Shown here piece by piece: positions 9,724-19,585 of a stretch of DNA of 64,000 nt. Source of the DNA: an uncultured Lachnospiraceae bacterium (lineage in GTDB: Bacteria > Bacillota > Clostridia > Lachnospirales > Lachnospiraceae); the NCBI GenBank assembly GCA_910577735.1, contig CAJTOO010000015.1, positions 16,074 through 80,073 of the forward strand, written 5' to 3'. Both the position numbers and the translations under genes were made by a program. Under the pieces are notes generated by a model. The model had not been told where the DNA came from, searched no databases, and saw only the letters and a program-made list of their open reading frames with translations. The stretch's first letter is position 1; the number at the start of each line of letters is the position of its first letter.

Positions 9724-11298
9724 ATGACGAAAGCGGTAAATCCAATCATACCGGGATTTTATCCGGATCCGTCAATCTGTGGAGTGGGCGATGACTTTTA
9801 TCTCGTCAACTCCACATTTTCCTATTTTCCGGGTATTCCCATCATGCACAGCAAAGATCTGGTTCATTGGGAACAGATTGGCCATGTGATGGACAGGCAG
9901 TCTCAGCTTCCCTTAGAAGGAGGCCGGCACTCCCAGGGGCTTTTTGCGCCCACAATACGATATCATGAAGGCGTCTTTTATGTGATCTGTACCAATGAGA
10001 CAAGCGGCGGCAATTTCATTGTGACAGCCAAGGATCCTGCGGGACCATGGTCGGAGCCCTTTTATCTGGAAGGGGCGGATGGGATCGATCCCACCATCTT
10101 TTTTGATGAAGACGGAAAGGTCTATTATATAGGAACACATCCGATCATAGAGAACAGGCAGTATGACGGAGAGTGCCACATCTGGATTCAGGAACTGGAA
10201 CTGGAGACTATGAAGCTCACAGGGAAGCCGAAAGATGTATGGAGCGGTTCCATGCGCTTTGTCCATTGGCCGGAAGGGCCTCATTTGTACAAAAGGGACG
10301 GTTATTATTATATGCTGCTGGCTGAAGGTGGCACGGACAGGAATCATTCTGTGACCATGTGCAGGAGCCGTACTATATGGGGGCCTTATGAGAATCATTT
10401 CTGTAACCCCATTCTCACGCACAGACATCTGGGTAAAGATTATCCGGTTCAATGTGTAGGGCATGGTGATCTGGTGGAGACATCGTCCGGAGAGTGGTAT
10501 ATGGTGATGCTGGCAATGCGTCCCATGGAAGGATATACAACACTTGGCAGAGAAACCTTTCTTGCGAAAGTGGTCTGGGAGAATGGCTGGCCGGTGGTCA
10601 ATCCGGGCATTGGCAGACTGACAGATGAGGTAGAAGTTGCACTTGAAGAATGGAAGCCCGGGAAATCTGTCACAGAGAGCAGACGGGTTTATCCTTTTGG
10701 TGAAATGGAAGAACTTGGGTTTGAGTTTGTGTATCTCAGGAATCCTGACCCGGAAAAGTATCGTCTGTGTCCGGGGCAGGGCCTAAAACTGCAGTATGAT
10801 ACGCACACCCTGATGGAGGAAGCTTCTCCCACTTATGTGGGAATCCGTCAGCAGCATCATTATTTTCAGGCAGATGCGGTGGTGCTTGCGGACAGTATCT
10901 TAGAGAATCAGGAAACGGGTATTGTATTATTGCAGAGTAATGCATATTATCTTCGGTCAGCACTCACAGAAAATGCCGGCGGTGAAATACTTCTGCGGAT
11001 TTATCTGTGTGAGAATCTGGAAGAAAAACGTATCGTTGAGAAAGTTCTTACGGATGTACGGAATGAGATAAGGTTATCTCTGGAAGTCAACGGTCTTACA
11101 GCCGGAATGAAAGTAATCTGTGGTGCGGCGGAGACAGATGTGGCGCAGGGGATTGACATTCGGAGTCTTACCACAGAGGCTGCCGGAGGTTTCGTGGGTT
11201 GTACAGTAGGGCTGTATGCTGTCTCCAAAATACAGACACAAAAAGCGGCAGTTTATAAAAATTTTATATATAAAACACAAGATATAGTTGTAGAGTAG
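9724..11298 (+). CDS. GH43 beta-xylosidase / alpha-L-arabinofuranosidase (XynB-like, two-domain)
   Basis: NPIIPGFYPDPSI at the N-terminus, FYLVNSTF, EGPHLYKRDGYYYMLLAEGG, and a C-terminal beta-sandwich of about 200 aa, typical of roughly 530-aa GH43 xylosidases. Confidence 0.9.
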   Translation: MTKAVNPIIPGFYPDPSICGVGDDFYLVNSTFSYFPGIPIMHSKDLVHWEQIGHVMDRQSQLPLEGGRHSQGLFAPTIRYHEGVFYVICTNETSGGNFIVTAKDPAGPWSEPFYLEGADGIDPTIFFDEDGKVYYIGTHPIIENRQYDGECHIWIQELELETMKLTGKPKDVWSGSMRFVHWPEGPHLYKRDGYYYMLLAEGGTDRNHSVTMCRSRTIWGPYENHFCNPILTHRHLGKDYPVQCVGHGDLVETSSGEWYMVMLAMRPMEGYTTLGRETFLAKVVWENGWPVVNPGIGRLTDEVEVALEEWKPGKSVTESRRVYPFGEMEELGFEFVYLRNPDPEKYRLCPGQGLKLQYDTHTLMEEASPTYVGIRQQHHYFQADAVVLADSILENQETGIVLLQSNAYYLRSALTENAGGEILLRIYLCENLEEKRIVEKVLTDVRNEIRLSLEVNGLTAGMKVICGAAETDVAQGIDIRSLTTEAAGGFVGCTVGLYAVSKIQTQKAAVYKNFIYKTQDIVVE

Positions 11299-11432
11299 CA
11301 CTTCGGTAGCACTTCTTGTAGTATACTATCCTTGTAAAAGGGGATAACGATAGAACCAAAGGCATACGCTGCAAAGCGATCTGGGGCTGGCAGGTATGTC
11401 TTTGGTCGTTTTCATACATCTTGAGACAAAAT

Positions 11433-11465
11433 AAAAACACTGGATACTGAAGATTCAGTGTTTTT
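11433..11465. terminator. Bidirectional hairpin terminator serving tRNA-Pro on the - strand and GH43 on the + strand
   Basis: AAAAACACTG ... CAGTGTTTTT. A 10-bp stem is flanked by an A-run on one side and a T-run on the other. Confidence 0.65.
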
Positions 11466-11469
11466 ATAG

Positions 11470-11543
11470 TCGAAGCGACAGGATTTGAACCTGCGACCTC
11501 TGCGTCCCGAACGCAGCGCTCTACCAAACTGAGCCACGCTTCG
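11470..11543 (-). tRNA. tRNA-Pro, anticodon CGG
   Basis: Hand-folded cloverleaf on the - strand: acceptor CGAAGCG/CGCTTCG, U8, D stem GCTC/GAGC, anticodon stem CTGCG/CGCAG with loop TTCGGGA (CGG, G37), variable AGGTC, T arm GCAGG-TTCAAAT-CCTGT, discriminator A. No CCA is encoded. Confidence 0.9.
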
Positions 11544-11665
11544 ATTTATGAACAATTAAGATAATACAACATTCTTAAGGGTGTTGTCAATGTTTCTGAG
11601 CGAATTATTTTATAATGTGATAAACTGTATACAATAACCCTGCCGGTTTGAGAAAGGATGTACCC

Positions 11666-12523
11666 ATGGACAGACATGCCCTCAAAATTCCATGTAATGT
11701 CATGCCGTTTATATGTGAGGCTGATTACAGTGTTACTTTAGGTGAGATGGTTCATGCGGACAGAACAGTCCCTTTTCATGTGGCAATCTATCTGCTACAG
11801 GGTTCCATGGAGATCATTGAGGATGGAGACCGGCATTTGATTTTACCTAATCAGCTCTTTTTCTTAAAGAGCGGGGTACACCACTGGGGAGAAAAGCCCT
11901 TTGAACCGGGGTCAGCGTGGTATTATGCACACTTTTACTGTGAGGAGCCGGGAGAGGGAATGGAAGAACTGTCTCAGGAAAGTTATTATCATAAGAAAGT
12001 ATGTCTGGCGAAAGAAGAAAGCAGGAAGTATATTAGTCTTCCCAAATTGGCTGATGATGTGGGGATGAATCGGATTGGTAGAAACTTCGAGAAAATGATA
12101 GAAGCATATATGCATGGCAATATCCCGCAGGCTTCTGTGCAAATGTGGCAGATTTTTTTGGAGTGTGTACAAAGCGTTCAGGAGGACTTGGCAGGCGGTT
12201 CTTGTATCAGACAGATTCAGGAGTATATACAGACGCACTATATTGAGGATTTTACAGCAGGAGAGATTGAAAAGACCTGTGGGTTATCCTATAAATATGC
12301 AGGCACACTTTTTAAAGAGGCAACAGGGCAGACAATCCGGGAATATCAGAGGATGCTTCGGCTTGCCAGGGCTTGTAAACTGTTAAAGGAGACAGACAGG
12401 ACTATTACGGAGATTGCACAGATGACGGGATTTTCGGAAGTGTTTTATTTCAGTAAAGTGTTTCGTAAAGAACGTGGTTGTTCTCCCAGTGAATACCGCA
12501 GGACATATGTTCCCGGTATTTAA
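11666..12523 (+). CDS. AraC-family transcriptional regulator (cupin sensor plus HTH)
   Basis: The C-terminal AraC HTH contains GLSYKYAGTLFKEATGQTIREY and ITEIAQMTGFSEVFYFSKVFRKERGCSPSEYR. ATG 11666 is preceded by AAAGGA. The track start at 11648 is a TTG. Confidence 0.85.
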   Translation: MDRHALKIPCNVMPFICEADYSVTLGEMVHADRTVPFHVAIYLLQGSMEIIEDGDRHLILPNQLFFLKSGVHHWGEKPFEPGSAWYYAHFYCEEPGEGMEELSQESYYHKKVCLAKEESRKYISLPKLADDVGMNRIGRNFEKMIEAYMHGNIPQASVQMWQIFLECVQSVQEDLAGGSCIRQIQEYIQTHYIEDFTAGEIEKTCGLSYKYAGTLFKEATGQTIREYQRMLRLARACKLLKETDRTITEIAQMTGFSEVFYFSKVFRKERGCSPSEYRRTYVPGI

Positions 12524-12618
12524 CAGACAAGCATAGTGAATGACTCCATCTGGCCAAACGGTGTTGCAGCGAGGCAATTATGCAGATTAATCCGGCCTAT
12601 AGGAAAGGAAGATAAAGG

Positions 12619-13404
12619 ATGAATATAGACAGAATAAAAATTATTTTTTTTGATATTGACGGTACGCTTATTGATATGAACAGAAAGCAGATTTCAGAAA
12701 AGACATTGGAAACATTAATCCGGTTAAAAGAAAAGAATATCATTCTTTGTCTTTCCACTGGGAGAAGTCCACAGACACTGCCGCATTTTGACGGATGGGA
12801 GGCTGACGCATTTCTCACCTTTAATGGTTCCTATTGCTATAACAGACAGCAGATTATTTATAAAAATCCAATTCCCGTAGAAGAGGTGAAAAAGATTGTT
12901 CAAAATGCCGCGTTAATCAACAGGCCTGTATCTGTTGCCTCAACGGATACACTGGCGGCGAACGGAACGGATGCGGATCTGGCACAGTATTTTGCTTTCG
13001 CAAAATTAGAAGTCAATGTCTCTGATGACTTTCAGGATATCATAGAGAAGAAGGAAATATATCAGATCATGTCAGGGGGACGTGAGAGGGAATACCCGGA
13101 TTTGCTGAAAGATGTCCGGCATGCGAAAATTGCAGCCTGGTGGGACAGAGCAGTGGATATCATTCCGGCAGACAGCGGGAAAGGAACGGGCGTGAATAAG
13201 ATACTTGATTATTATCACCTGAATCGGGCGCAGGCGCTTGCATTTGGCGACGGTAATAATGATATTGAGATGTTTCAGGCGGTGGGAACGGGTATTGCCA
13301 TGGAAAATGCATCTGATTCCTTAAAGGCGGTGGCAAGTGATGTATGTGGGCATGTGGCGGCTGATGGAGTCTATCATTATTGTGTTTCTCATGGTTTGCT
13401 CTGA
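12619..13404 (+). CDS. HAD-IIB (Cof-type) sugar-phosphate phosphatase
   Basis: Motif I FFDIDGTL, motif III/IV GKG ... GDGNNDIEMF, and a length of 261 aa. Confidence 0.9.
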   Translation: MNIDRIKIIFFDIDGTLIDMNRKQISEKTLETLIRLKEKNIILCLSTGRSPQTLPHFDGWEADAFLTFNGSYCYNRQQIIYKNPIPVEEVKKIVQNAALINRPVSVASTDTLAANGTDADLAQYFAFAKLEVNVSDDFQDIIEKKEIYQIMSGGREREYPDLLKDVRHAKIAAWWDRAVDIIPADSGKGTGVNKILDYYHLNRAQALAFGDGNNDIEMFQAVGTGIAMENASDSLKAVASDVCGHVAADGVYHYCVSHGLL

Positions 13405-13421
13405 CATTTTCATAAATTAAG

Positions 13422-13449
13422 AAAAAGCGGGGACTGTTTAAGCCCCCGC
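13422..13449 (-). terminator. Terminator of the 80-aa gene on the - strand
   Basis: On the - strand, GCGGGGGCTTAAACAGTCCCCGC is followed by TTTTTC. The hairpin includes the last codons of the ORF. Confidence 0.55.
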
Positions 13450-13680
13450 ACCTACCATATAATTTATAAATTCGTGACTGTCCTGCTGGTCTGTCAGGAA
13501 AAGTTCTAACCAGAACTCTCTTGGATTGATCATATAAAGCATCTGCAGGGCTTCTTCGTTCTGTTTCAGGTCGCAGAGCATCTGATTGGGAAGTTCCAGA
13601 TAGATGTTTCCCCGGCTGTTTTTGACCATGTTGATAAATCTTTCAATATTTCCCATTTTTCTGATTTTTATTTTGTACAT
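13438..13680 (-). CDS. Hypothetical 80-aa protein
   Basis: A good RBS (AAAGGAGC 7 nt upstream of the ATG) and its own terminator. I recognised no family. Confidence 0.6.
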   Translation of the reverse strand: MYKIKIRKMGNIERFINMVKNSRGNIYLELPNQMLCDLKQNEEALQMLYMINPREFWLELFLTDQQDSHEFINYMVGAGA

Positions 13681-13888
13681 AGATTCCGCTCCTTTCGGTT
13701 TTGATGGATGCCCGCTCGCTGCAGCGGGATATTTTATTTACTTGTTTCATTTGCACTTTGCTTTTTGTCTTATCTTATGATATGATTATATCATCTTAAA
13801 ATATAAAAATAGTAGAAATAAATAGTCATTTTATATGATAATTTTATCAAAAATGATTATTTATATGGAGTTAAGAGAGGTCAGGGAA

Positions 13889-14806
13889 ATGATATCATCA
13901 TGCAGTGTACAGACAAATTTGCAGGGAGAAGAACTGCGGAAACATGGAACACATCTCTTTCCGGTAGCGTGTTATCTGGATATTCTGCCGGGGGATGAGT
14001 TTCCATGGCATTGGCATAATGAACTGGAATTTGGACTGGTGGTAAGCGGTGCGGTCACAGTGAATGCGGGGTCTGTAAAGTATCAGTTGAAAGCCGGAGA
14101 TGCCTTTTTTATTAACAGTAATATTCTGCACGCGGCATCTGCCATGGATGAGGGTATGTGTGAGATACATTCTGTAGTGTGTCATCCGCGGGCGATTAGC
14201 GGCAGTATGGATAATATTATCTGGCAGAAGTATCTAAAGCCATTGATGGAAAATCAGGCTTGCCCGGGATTCCATTTCATACCTGATGTGACGTGGCACA
14301 GACAGGTTATGGATAGTGTCGTTTCCTTATGGCACTCTGCTGAGCAGGAAGAGTACGGTTACGAACTGCATATCCGGAATGCATTGTCTGTCATCATAGG
14401 CTTGCTTGCAGAGCATCAGCCGGCTATGACCCGCAAGTCTTTTGGAAAGGCACAGCGGGATAATGCCAGAATTAAAGAAATGCTGACTTATATACAGGCA
14501 AATTATGATAAGGAGCTGACGATAGATGATATTGCTGCGGTTTGTGCCATCAGTACCAGTGAGTGTATGCGGTGCTTCCGGGCGACGATTAATACCACGC
14601 CTATAGCCTATCTGAAATCTTATCGTCTGCAGCAGGCAGCAATGAAATTGCAGTCCACTGAGGATAAGATTTCCATGATTGCAGAAAGCTGCGGTTTTCA
14701 GGAGATGAGTTATTTTGCTAAATCGTTCCGGGAAGTATATGGGTGTACGCCGTCACAATACCGAAAACCGGATGCCAAAGAAATGGATACTAATAAAGAA
14801 GACTGA
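13889..14806 (+). CDS. AraC-family transcriptional regulator (cupin plus HTH)
   Basis: Cupin-like N-terminus (WHWHNELEF) and an AraC HTH with IDDIAAVCAISTSECMRCFRA and ISMIAESCGFQEMSYFAKSFREVYGCTPSQYR. The start is uncertain (13835, 13865 or 13889). I preferred 13889 because of the upstream GAGAGG. Confidence 0.85.
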   Translation: MISSCSVQTNLQGEELRKHGTHLFPVACYLDILPGDEFPWHWHNELEFGLVVSGAVTVNAGSVKYQLKAGDAFFINSNILHAASAMDEGMCEIHSVVCHPRAISGSMDNIIWQKYLKPLMENQACPGFHFIPDVTWHRQVMDSVVSLWHSAEQEEYGYELHIRNALSVIIGLLAEHQPAMTRKSFGKAQRDNARIKEMLTYIQANYDKELTIDDIAAVCAISTSECMRCFRATINTTPIAYLKSYRLQQAAMKLQSTEDKISMIAESCGFQEMSYFAKSFREVYGCTPSQYRKPDAKEMDTNKED

Positions 14807-14830
14807 CAATTAAATCGGAAAATAATACAA

Positions 14831-14877
14831 AATAATAAGAATATACTCCATTTTATTAGTAGAATAATAAGAATATA
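14831..14877 (+). repeat. Two perfect 15-bp direct repeats (AATAATAAGAATATA), 32 bp centre to centre, upstream of the GH127 gene
   Basis: Copies at 14831-14845 and 14863-14877. The second overlaps a TATAAT hexamer at 14874-14879. Confidence 0.7.
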
Positions 14878-14922
14878 ATACATATTGATAAGGTTAATGG
14901 ATAAACAAAATGGAGGGTGAAT

Positions 14923-16854
14923 ATGGGCGATCTGAAATTAGTCAAGAAATTCGAGGTGAAAGAAGGATTTTTTGGCAGGTATGAGAAATTGGTAAAAGAT
15001 GTGGTGCTGCCCTATCAAGAGCGGGCGTTACGTGACCAGATTGAGGGTGCGGAGAAGAGTCATTGTATCGAAAATTTCCGTATGGCAGCTCAAAAATTAA
15101 AAACAGGCAGTTGTGACGGAGAATTTTACGGCATGGTGTTCCAGGACAGCGATGTGGCGAAGTGGCTGGAAGGAGCGGCTTATTCTCTGGCTCAGAATCC
15201 TGATGCGCAGCTGGAAAAAAGATGTGACGAGATCATAGAACTGATTGGCCAGGCACAACAGGAAGATGGTTATTTGAATACTTATTTTACGGTGAAGGAA
15301 CCGGATAAACGCTGGACGAATCTTCAGGAAGCGCATGAATTGTATTGTGCAGGCCATATGATTGAAGCAGCGGTAGCATATGCAGAGTGTACCGGCAAGC
15401 GCCGTTTGTTAGAGATTATGTGCGGTATGGCCGATCACATCTACAGAAGGTTTGTAAAAGACGGTGCGGAGGGCTATCCGGGACATCCGGAGATTGAGCT
15501 TGCGCTTATGCGGTTGTACCGCAGTACCGGGGAAGAACGGTACAAGGAACTGGCAATGCACTTTATTAATGTGCGGGGCGTTGACAGTGATTACTACATC
15601 CGGGAAAAGGAGAAATGCGGATGGAGAGTGTGGGGCTCTGATCCAGAAGATAAGGAATATACACAAAGCGCGGCTCCGGTGCGGCAGCAGGAGAAGGCTG
15701 TGGGTCATGCGGTCAGGGCAGTGTATTTGTACACAGGTATGGCAGATGCGGCTATGGAAACAGGGGATCAGGAACTTGCCAAAGCCTGTGAGACGCTCTG
15801 GCATAATATCACCCAGCATAGAATGTATGTCACAGGCGCCATTGGTTCCGCTTATGAAGGGGAGGCGTTTACGAAAGACGACCATCTTCCTAATGATACC
15901 GCATATGCGGAGACCTGTGCGGCCATCGGATTGATTTTCTTTTCCAATAAGATGCTTTATCTTGCGCGCAATGGGAAGTATGCGGATGTGATGGAATGGG
16001 CTTTATATAATGGAGTGCTGGCAGGTATGCAGTTGGATGGCACGAAGTTCTTCTACGTGAATCCACTGGAGGTGCTGCCCGGGATTTCCGGTGAGGCGAA
16101 GACGCACAAACACGCATTGCCGGTAAGACCCAAGTGGTTTACCTGCGCCTGCTGTCCGCCCAATGTGGCGAGGCTTCTGGCATCGGTGTCGGAATATGCA
16201 TGGCATATGACAGAGGATACCCTGTACTCAAATCTGTTTATTGCCGGTACATTGGATTTAACAGACAGTCTGGGCGGAAAGGTTTCCCTGCAGACGGCCT
16301 ATCCTTATGATCATAAGATAGAATACCATTTCGCACCGCAGGAAAAGGCCATGTCTGTATCTTTGGCGATACGTATTCCGGCATGGAGTAAAGACACAAA
16401 GATTACGCGCAATGGCATGGCGGCAGACTATGAGATAAAAGACGGTTATGCGTATCTGCACGGAGACTTTGGGAAGGATGATATCGTGACGGTGGAACTG
16501 GATATGCAGATGCAGAAAGTATATACCAGCAACCGGGTATCAGCCAATACAGGCCGGGCAGCAGTGCTGAGAGGACCGCTGGTCTATTGTGCAGAAGGCG
16601 TGGATAATGAGAATGATATTCTGTCCCTCAGTCTGAAAAAGGACGGCAGGATGACAATCAGTGAATATCTGCCGGAGAAACTGTGCGGTATTCAGGAAAT
16701 CTACGCGGAAGGTTACCGGGAGACGGTCAGCGAAGAACTGTACAGTTATCATGCGCCGGAGGAGGAGCCATGTGAGATTACACTTGTGCCTTATTATACC
16801 TGGGGAAACCGGGGACTGAACCAGATGCGGGTATGGATTCCTGAGAAAAAGTAA
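14923..16854 (+). CDS. GH127 beta-L-arabinofuranosidase (HypBA1/DUF1680 family)
   Basis: About 640 aa. It carries the family N-terminus (FGRYEKLVKDVVLPYQ ... NFRMAA) and the Cys-rich CACCPPN motif, which supplies the Zn/catalytic cysteines in HypBA1. ATG 14923 follows GGAGGG. Confidence 0.88.
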   Translation: MGDLKLVKKFEVKEGFFGRYEKLVKDVVLPYQERALRDQIEGAEKSHCIENFRMAAQKLKTGSCDGEFYGMVFQDSDVAKWLEGAAYSLAQNPDAQLEKRCDEIIELIGQAQQEDGYLNTYFTVKEPDKRWTNLQEAHELYCAGHMIEAAVAYAECTGKRRLLEIMCGMADHIYRRFVKDGAEGYPGHPEIELALMRLYRSTGEERYKELAMHFINVRGVDSDYYIREKEKCGWRVWGSDPEDKEYTQSAAPVRQQEKAVGHAVRAVYLYTGMADAAMETGDQELAKACETLWHNITQHRMYVTGAIGSAYEGEAFTKDDHLPNDTAYAETCAAIGLIFFSNKMLYLARNGKYADVMEWALYNGVLAGMQLDGTKFFYVNPLEVLPGISGEAKTHKHALPVRPKWFTCACCPPNVARLLASVSEYAWHMTEDTLYSNLFIAGTLDLTDSLGGKVSLQTAYPYDHKIEYHFAPQEKAMSVSLAIRIPAWSKDTKITRNGMAADYEIKDGYAYLHGDFGKDDIVTVELDMQMQKVYTSNRVSANTGRAAVLRGPLVYCAEGVDNENDILSLSLKKDGRMTISEYLPEKLCGIQEIYAEGYRETVSEELYSYHAPEEEPCEITLVPYYTWGNRGLNQMRVWIPEKK

Positions 16855-16957
16855 GGAAGCCTACACACGCAAAAAGGGGCAGGAGACAAATTGTAAAAAG
16901 GACATTGTATCTGAGGGATTTACGGGCTATACTTAACTTAATATGGAGATTTATGCA

Positions 16958-16993
16958 GACAGGCGGCGTGTCCATATGGATAGGCCGCCTGTC
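16958..16993 (+). terminator. Stem-loop between GH127 and GH3; weak terminator candidate
   Basis: GACAGGCGGC ... GCCGCCTGTC, a 10-bp GC-rich stem with a 16-nt loop and no clear T-run. Confidence 0.35.
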
Positions 16994-17024
16994 CGTATAA
17001 AGCGGAAAGGATGCAGGATTATTT

Positions 17025-19262
17025 ATGAAGAAAAAAGAGAAGAACTATGATAAAAAGACCGAAAAAGAAATTGAGAAAATTATAAAAAAGCTTACCCTGG
17101 ATGAAAAAATTTCCATGATTCATGGAGCTACGCTTTTTAAATCCGGTGCGGTAGACAGATTGGGGATTCCAGGACTTGCGACTTCTGATGGGCCTATGGG
17201 CGTGCGTGCGGAGTTTATGGATGACCGATGGATTCCCTGCGGAAATCAGGATGATATGGTGTCTTATCTGCCCAGCAACAGTGCGCTGGCATCCTCCTGG
17301 AATACGGATCTTGCATATGCCATGGGACATGTGCTGGGGGAGGAAGCCAGAGGGCGCGGCAAGGATGTGATTCTGGCACCCGGCATTAACATTAAGAGGG
17401 ATCCCCGCTGCGGCAGGAACTTTGAATATATGAGTGAGGATCCGAAGCTGACGGCGGCGTTGGCAGTTCCTTTTATCAAAGGCGTTCAGGAGAATGATGT
17501 GGCGGCCTGTGTGAAGCATTTTGCAGTCAATGGACAGGAGACGGACCGCCTGATGGTGGATGAGGAAATTGATGACAGAACCTTGTATGAGGTCTATCTG
17601 CCGGCCTTTAAAGCAGCCGTCCAGGAAGGCAATGCCTATTCTATTATGGGCGCTTATAATAAGATTAACGGCACCCATTGTTGTGAAAACAAGAGATTGC
17701 TGGATCTGATTCTCCGCATGGAATGGGGATTTGACGGCACTGTGATCAGTGACTGGGGCGGTGTGCACAAGACTATAGAAGCGGCCCGGTGCTCCATGGA
17801 TCTGGAAATGTCTGTTTTTCCGGATTTTGAGGAATATAATCTGGCCAAACCGCTGAAGGAGGCTGTCTCTAAAGGAGAGGTATCGGAGGACATGGTAGAT
17901 GCCAAGGTGAGAAATCTCCTTCGCATGATGTTCCGCTTAAAGATGATTGGAAAACATAAGGATGGGCGTAAGGCGGGAACATATAATACGGTGGCTCACA
18001 GACAGGCGGTTTTGCACACCGCGCGGGAATCCATGGTTTTACTGAAAAATGAGAATCATATTCTGCCGCTGGATGCCAAAAAAATAAAGAAACTAGTGGT
18101 GATTGGCGCCAATGCCGCAAAGCTTCATGCCGATGGCGGCGGCAGTGCAGAGATTAAGGCATTGTATGAGATCTGTCCGTTGGCAGGGCTCAAGATGTAT
18201 CTGGGCGGTAACACACAGGTGCAGTATGTAAAGGGTTATCATGTGCCGGAGAAATCAAAGACTTTTGAACAGAATTGGCAGGCTTTCAGCCTGGATGACT
18301 TAAAAGATACAAATGTGGGACAAATTGTCAGGACCGAGGACGGTGATGAAAGTGGGACGCTTCGCAAGAAAGAAGAAGAGAGACTTGCCCGGATTGAGCA
18401 GGATAAAGCTGAGATTCATGAAAAGAATCAGCAACTCTTTGTTCAGGCCGTTGAGGCAGCAAAGGATGCAGACGCAGTGATTTTCGTGGGCGGTTTGAAT
18501 CATGATATTGACAGTGAGGGATTTGACCGCACAGACATGAAGCTTCCTTACGAACAGGATGCATTGATAGAAGAATTATTAAAGGTCAGAAAGGATTTGA
18601 TCGTTACCTTTGTGGGCGGTTCTCCGGTTGAAATGCCCTGGCGGCATAAGGCAAAGGCGATTTTGTGGAGTTATTATGCGGGCATGGAGACGGGAAATGC
18701 CTTTGCGGAGATTATCTTTGGCGAAGTGAATCCTTCTGGGAAGCTAGCAGAAACTTTCCCTGCGAAATATGAGGATTGTGCCACAGGCATGAACGGTCAG
18801 TTTGGAAAATGGGGCAGGATCAGGCTGGCGGAAGGCCTTTACTACGGTTATCGACATTTTGACAGACAGCACATAGCGCCTGCTTTCTGCTTTGGCCATG
18901 GCTTGTCCTATACAGATTTCGAATATAACGCTTTGACATTGAAAGCAGAAAAAGACAGGGCGGTTAAAGTAACGTTTACGGTCAAGAATACTGGCAAGAG
19001 AGCGGGAGCAGAGATCGCACAGGTCTATATCGCTCCGATTGCGTCTAAAGTGGACAGACCGGATAAAGAATTGAAAACTTTTAGTAAGACAGAACTTGCG
19101 CCAGGCAGGTCTAAAAAAGTTTCTCTGATTCTTAAAAAGGAAGACTTTGCCTATTTTGACGAGCATCTTCATGACTTTATTGCCGATGCGGGAGATTATG
19201 AGATTCTGGTCGGTGCATCCTGCGATGATATCCGTCTGCGGGGCATTGTCACGCTTGCATAA
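17025..19262 (+). CDS. GH3 beta-glucosidase/beta-xylosidase with a C-terminal Fn3-like domain
   Basis: KHFAVNGQE, a nucleophile region GFDGTVISDWGG, and a C-terminal GLSYTDFEY ... VKNTGKRAGAEIAQVY beta-sandwich. Confidence 0.92.
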   Translation: MKKKEKNYDKKTEKEIEKIIKKLTLDEKISMIHGATLFKSGAVDRLGIPGLATSDGPMGVRAEFMDDRWIPCGNQDDMVSYLPSNSALASSWNTDLAYAMGHVLGEEARGRGKDVILAPGINIKRDPRCGRNFEYMSEDPKLTAALAVPFIKGVQENDVAACVKHFAVNGQETDRLMVDEEIDDRTLYEVYLPAFKAAVQEGNAYSIMGAYNKINGTHCCENKRLLDLILRMEWGFDGTVISDWGGVHKTIEAARCSMDLEMSVFPDFEEYNLAKPLKEAVSKGEVSEDMVDAKVRNLLRMMFRLKMIGKHKDGRKAGTYNTVAHRQAVLHTARESMVLLKNENHILPLDAKKIKKLVVIGANAAKLHADGGGSAEIKALYEICPLAGLKMYLGGNTQVQYVKGYHVPEKSKTFEQNWQAFSLDDLKDTNVGQIVRTEDGDESGTLRKKEEERLARIEQDKAEIHEKNQQLFVQAVEAAKDADAVIFVGGLNHDIDSEGFDRTDMKLPYEQDALIEELLKVRKDLIVTFVGGSPVEMPWRHKAKAILWSYYAGMETGNAFAEIIFGEVNPSGKLAETFPAKYEDCATGMNGQFGKWGRIRLAEGLYYGYRHFDRQHIAPAFCFGHGLSYTDFEYNALTLKAEKDRAVKVTFTVKNTGKRAGAEIAQVYIAPIASKVDRPDKELKTFSKTELAPGRSKKVSLILKKEDFAYFDEHLHDFIADAGDYEILVGASCDDIRLRGIVTLA

Positions 19263-19320
19263 AGCCTTCTCTTTCTGTACATGCTAACAGGGCAATTAAG
19301 GTACAGAAGGAGTGATAAAA

Positions 19321-19560
19321 ATGGATTATAATACTTTACCCGTCGGTCTTGGTCTGGCCTTTGCCACGAACCGGGTTGCCATGGAGCGATTTGCAGGCAT
19401 GACGGATAACGAGAAGGAAGAGTTTATTGAGAGAAGCCGGGGCGTGATGTCCAAGAAAGAGATGGAGCGCCTGGTAAACTCTCTGGTTAAGGAAGATGAG
19501 GAACCGGATCTTCATCTGGAAGACGTAAAGAATATATTCAAAGGACCGAGTATCGGTTAA
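19321..19560 (+). CDS. Hypothetical 79-aa protein
   Basis: ATG 19321 lies 8 nt after GAAGGAG. The track start at 19312 is a GTG next to the RBS. I recognised no family. Confidence 0.55.
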   Translation: MDYNTLPVGLGLAFATNRVAMERFAGMTDNEKEEFIERSRGVMSKKEMERLVNSLVKEDEEPDLHLEDVKNIFKGPSIG

Positions 19561-19585
19561 TCAAGTGACTGGTAAGGAGAATCCC

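Noticed and set aside
11293-11544. tRNA-Pro as a possible integration hotspot, together with a tandem 11-nt duplication (GTAGCACTTCG GTAGCACTTCT) at the GH43 stop codon.
   Set aside because: There is no integrase, no excisionase, and no copy of the tRNA 3' end elsewhere in the window. The short duplication has no partner repeat, so there is no evidence for an integrated element.
17019-17768. A 249-aa - strand ORF opposite the 5' end of the GH3 gene.
   Set aside because: It is antisense to a strongly supported GH3 coding region. Its sequence is compositionally odd (His/Arg/Cys-rich), and it has no start context.
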